Below are positions 63,839 through 64,000 of a stretch of DNA of 64,000 bases, in pieces. The first letter of the stretch is position 1. Every line of letters starts with the position of its first letter. Position numbers and translations under genes: made by a program. The notes under the pieces are model-generated. The model was not told the DNA's origin. It worked only from the letters and a program-made list of their open reading frames with translations, and ran no database searches. The DNA comes from Candidatus Tectimicrobiota bacterium (lineage in GTDB: Bacteria > JACPUC01), in assembly GCA_016192455.1 (NCBI GenBank), contig JACPUC010000026.1:78902-142901 (forward strand), written 5' to 3'.

Positions 63839-64000
63839 CTTAGCGGATGCCGGCGAGCTCCTGCAAGAGGTGCCAGTAGGCGAGGCGATCGGCCTGCCCT
63901 TTCAGGAGGGTCTCGGTGGGTTCGCCGTTGCCGTTGAAGTGCTTGGCGAAGCGGCCTTCGGTGCGGGCCCAGTAAATGAAGTCCATGACCTCGCCGGTCT
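63839..64000 (-). CDS. partial CDS (C-terminal ~53 aa only; product unknown), runs off right edge
   Basis: Hand translation of the minus strand gives ...TGEVMDFIYWARTEGRFAKHFNGNGEPTETLLKGQADRLAYWHLLQELAGIR-stop (TAA at 63841..63839). Confidence 0.4.

Noticed and set aside
1-64000. tRNA, rRNA, integrase/transposase, toxin-antitoxin pairs
   Set aside because: Scanned intergenic regions by eye for cloverleaf-like or rRNA-like segments and for recombinase motifs; none recognised. The low-GC island has no integrase or flanking tRNA, so I did not call it an integrative element.

Overview
High-GC bacterial chromosomal segment (very GC-rich by eye, so all six frames carry long spurious ORFs and most of the supplied ORF track is antisense noise). 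I called genes by recognisable protein families, plausible starts with RBS, and operon logic. Gene content, left to right: an addB-addA (AddAB/RexAB-type helicase-nuclease) operon on the minus strand, with addA running off the left edge; small conserved proteins (DUF488, SAM methyltransferase); an F420-linked redox cluster (LLM-class F420-dependent oxidoreductase, three SDRs, RlmI-like rRNA methyltransferase, PRTase); a FmdB zinc-ribbon protein; an orphan CheZ-like phosphatase; a DsbA-like thioredoxin-fold gene that is almost certainly a selenoprotein (in-frame TGA in a U-x-x-C motif plus a hairpin 15 nt downstream); M24 peptidase; gamma-glutamyltransferase; a nitrogen-compound scavenging group (alanine-racemase-fold enzyme, NMT1/SsuA-type binding proteins, amidohydrolases, PPOX-class F420 enzyme, aliphatic amidase); a sharply lower-GC ~2.7 kb island carrying a small gene translationally coupled to a 785-aa Rad50/SbcC-like zinc-hook ABC ATPase with an unrecognised C-terminal Zn-ribbon domain (the best candidate for an undescribed defence-type system); a second probable selenoprotein (AhpD/CMD-like, C-x-x-U-x-x-x-H); a UbiD-like decarboxylase, tautomerase-like protein and an acetophenone/acetone-carboxylase-like hyuA-hyuB-hyuB-gamma cluster; a catabolic cluster (MDR dehydrogenase, two ferritin-like diiron proteins, rhodanese, HMG-CoA lyase, enoyl-CoA hydratase, PadR); a lytic transglycosylase; an MrfA-like DUF1998 helicase fused to a DEDD exonuclease; YacG; and housekeeping/accessory enzymes to the right edge. 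A 28-bp perfect palindromic REP-like element occurs three times in intergenic DNA, and a 32-bp direct repeat pair flanks an 18-bp perfect palindrome after an SDR gene. No rRNA, tRNA or bona fide CRISPR array was seen.
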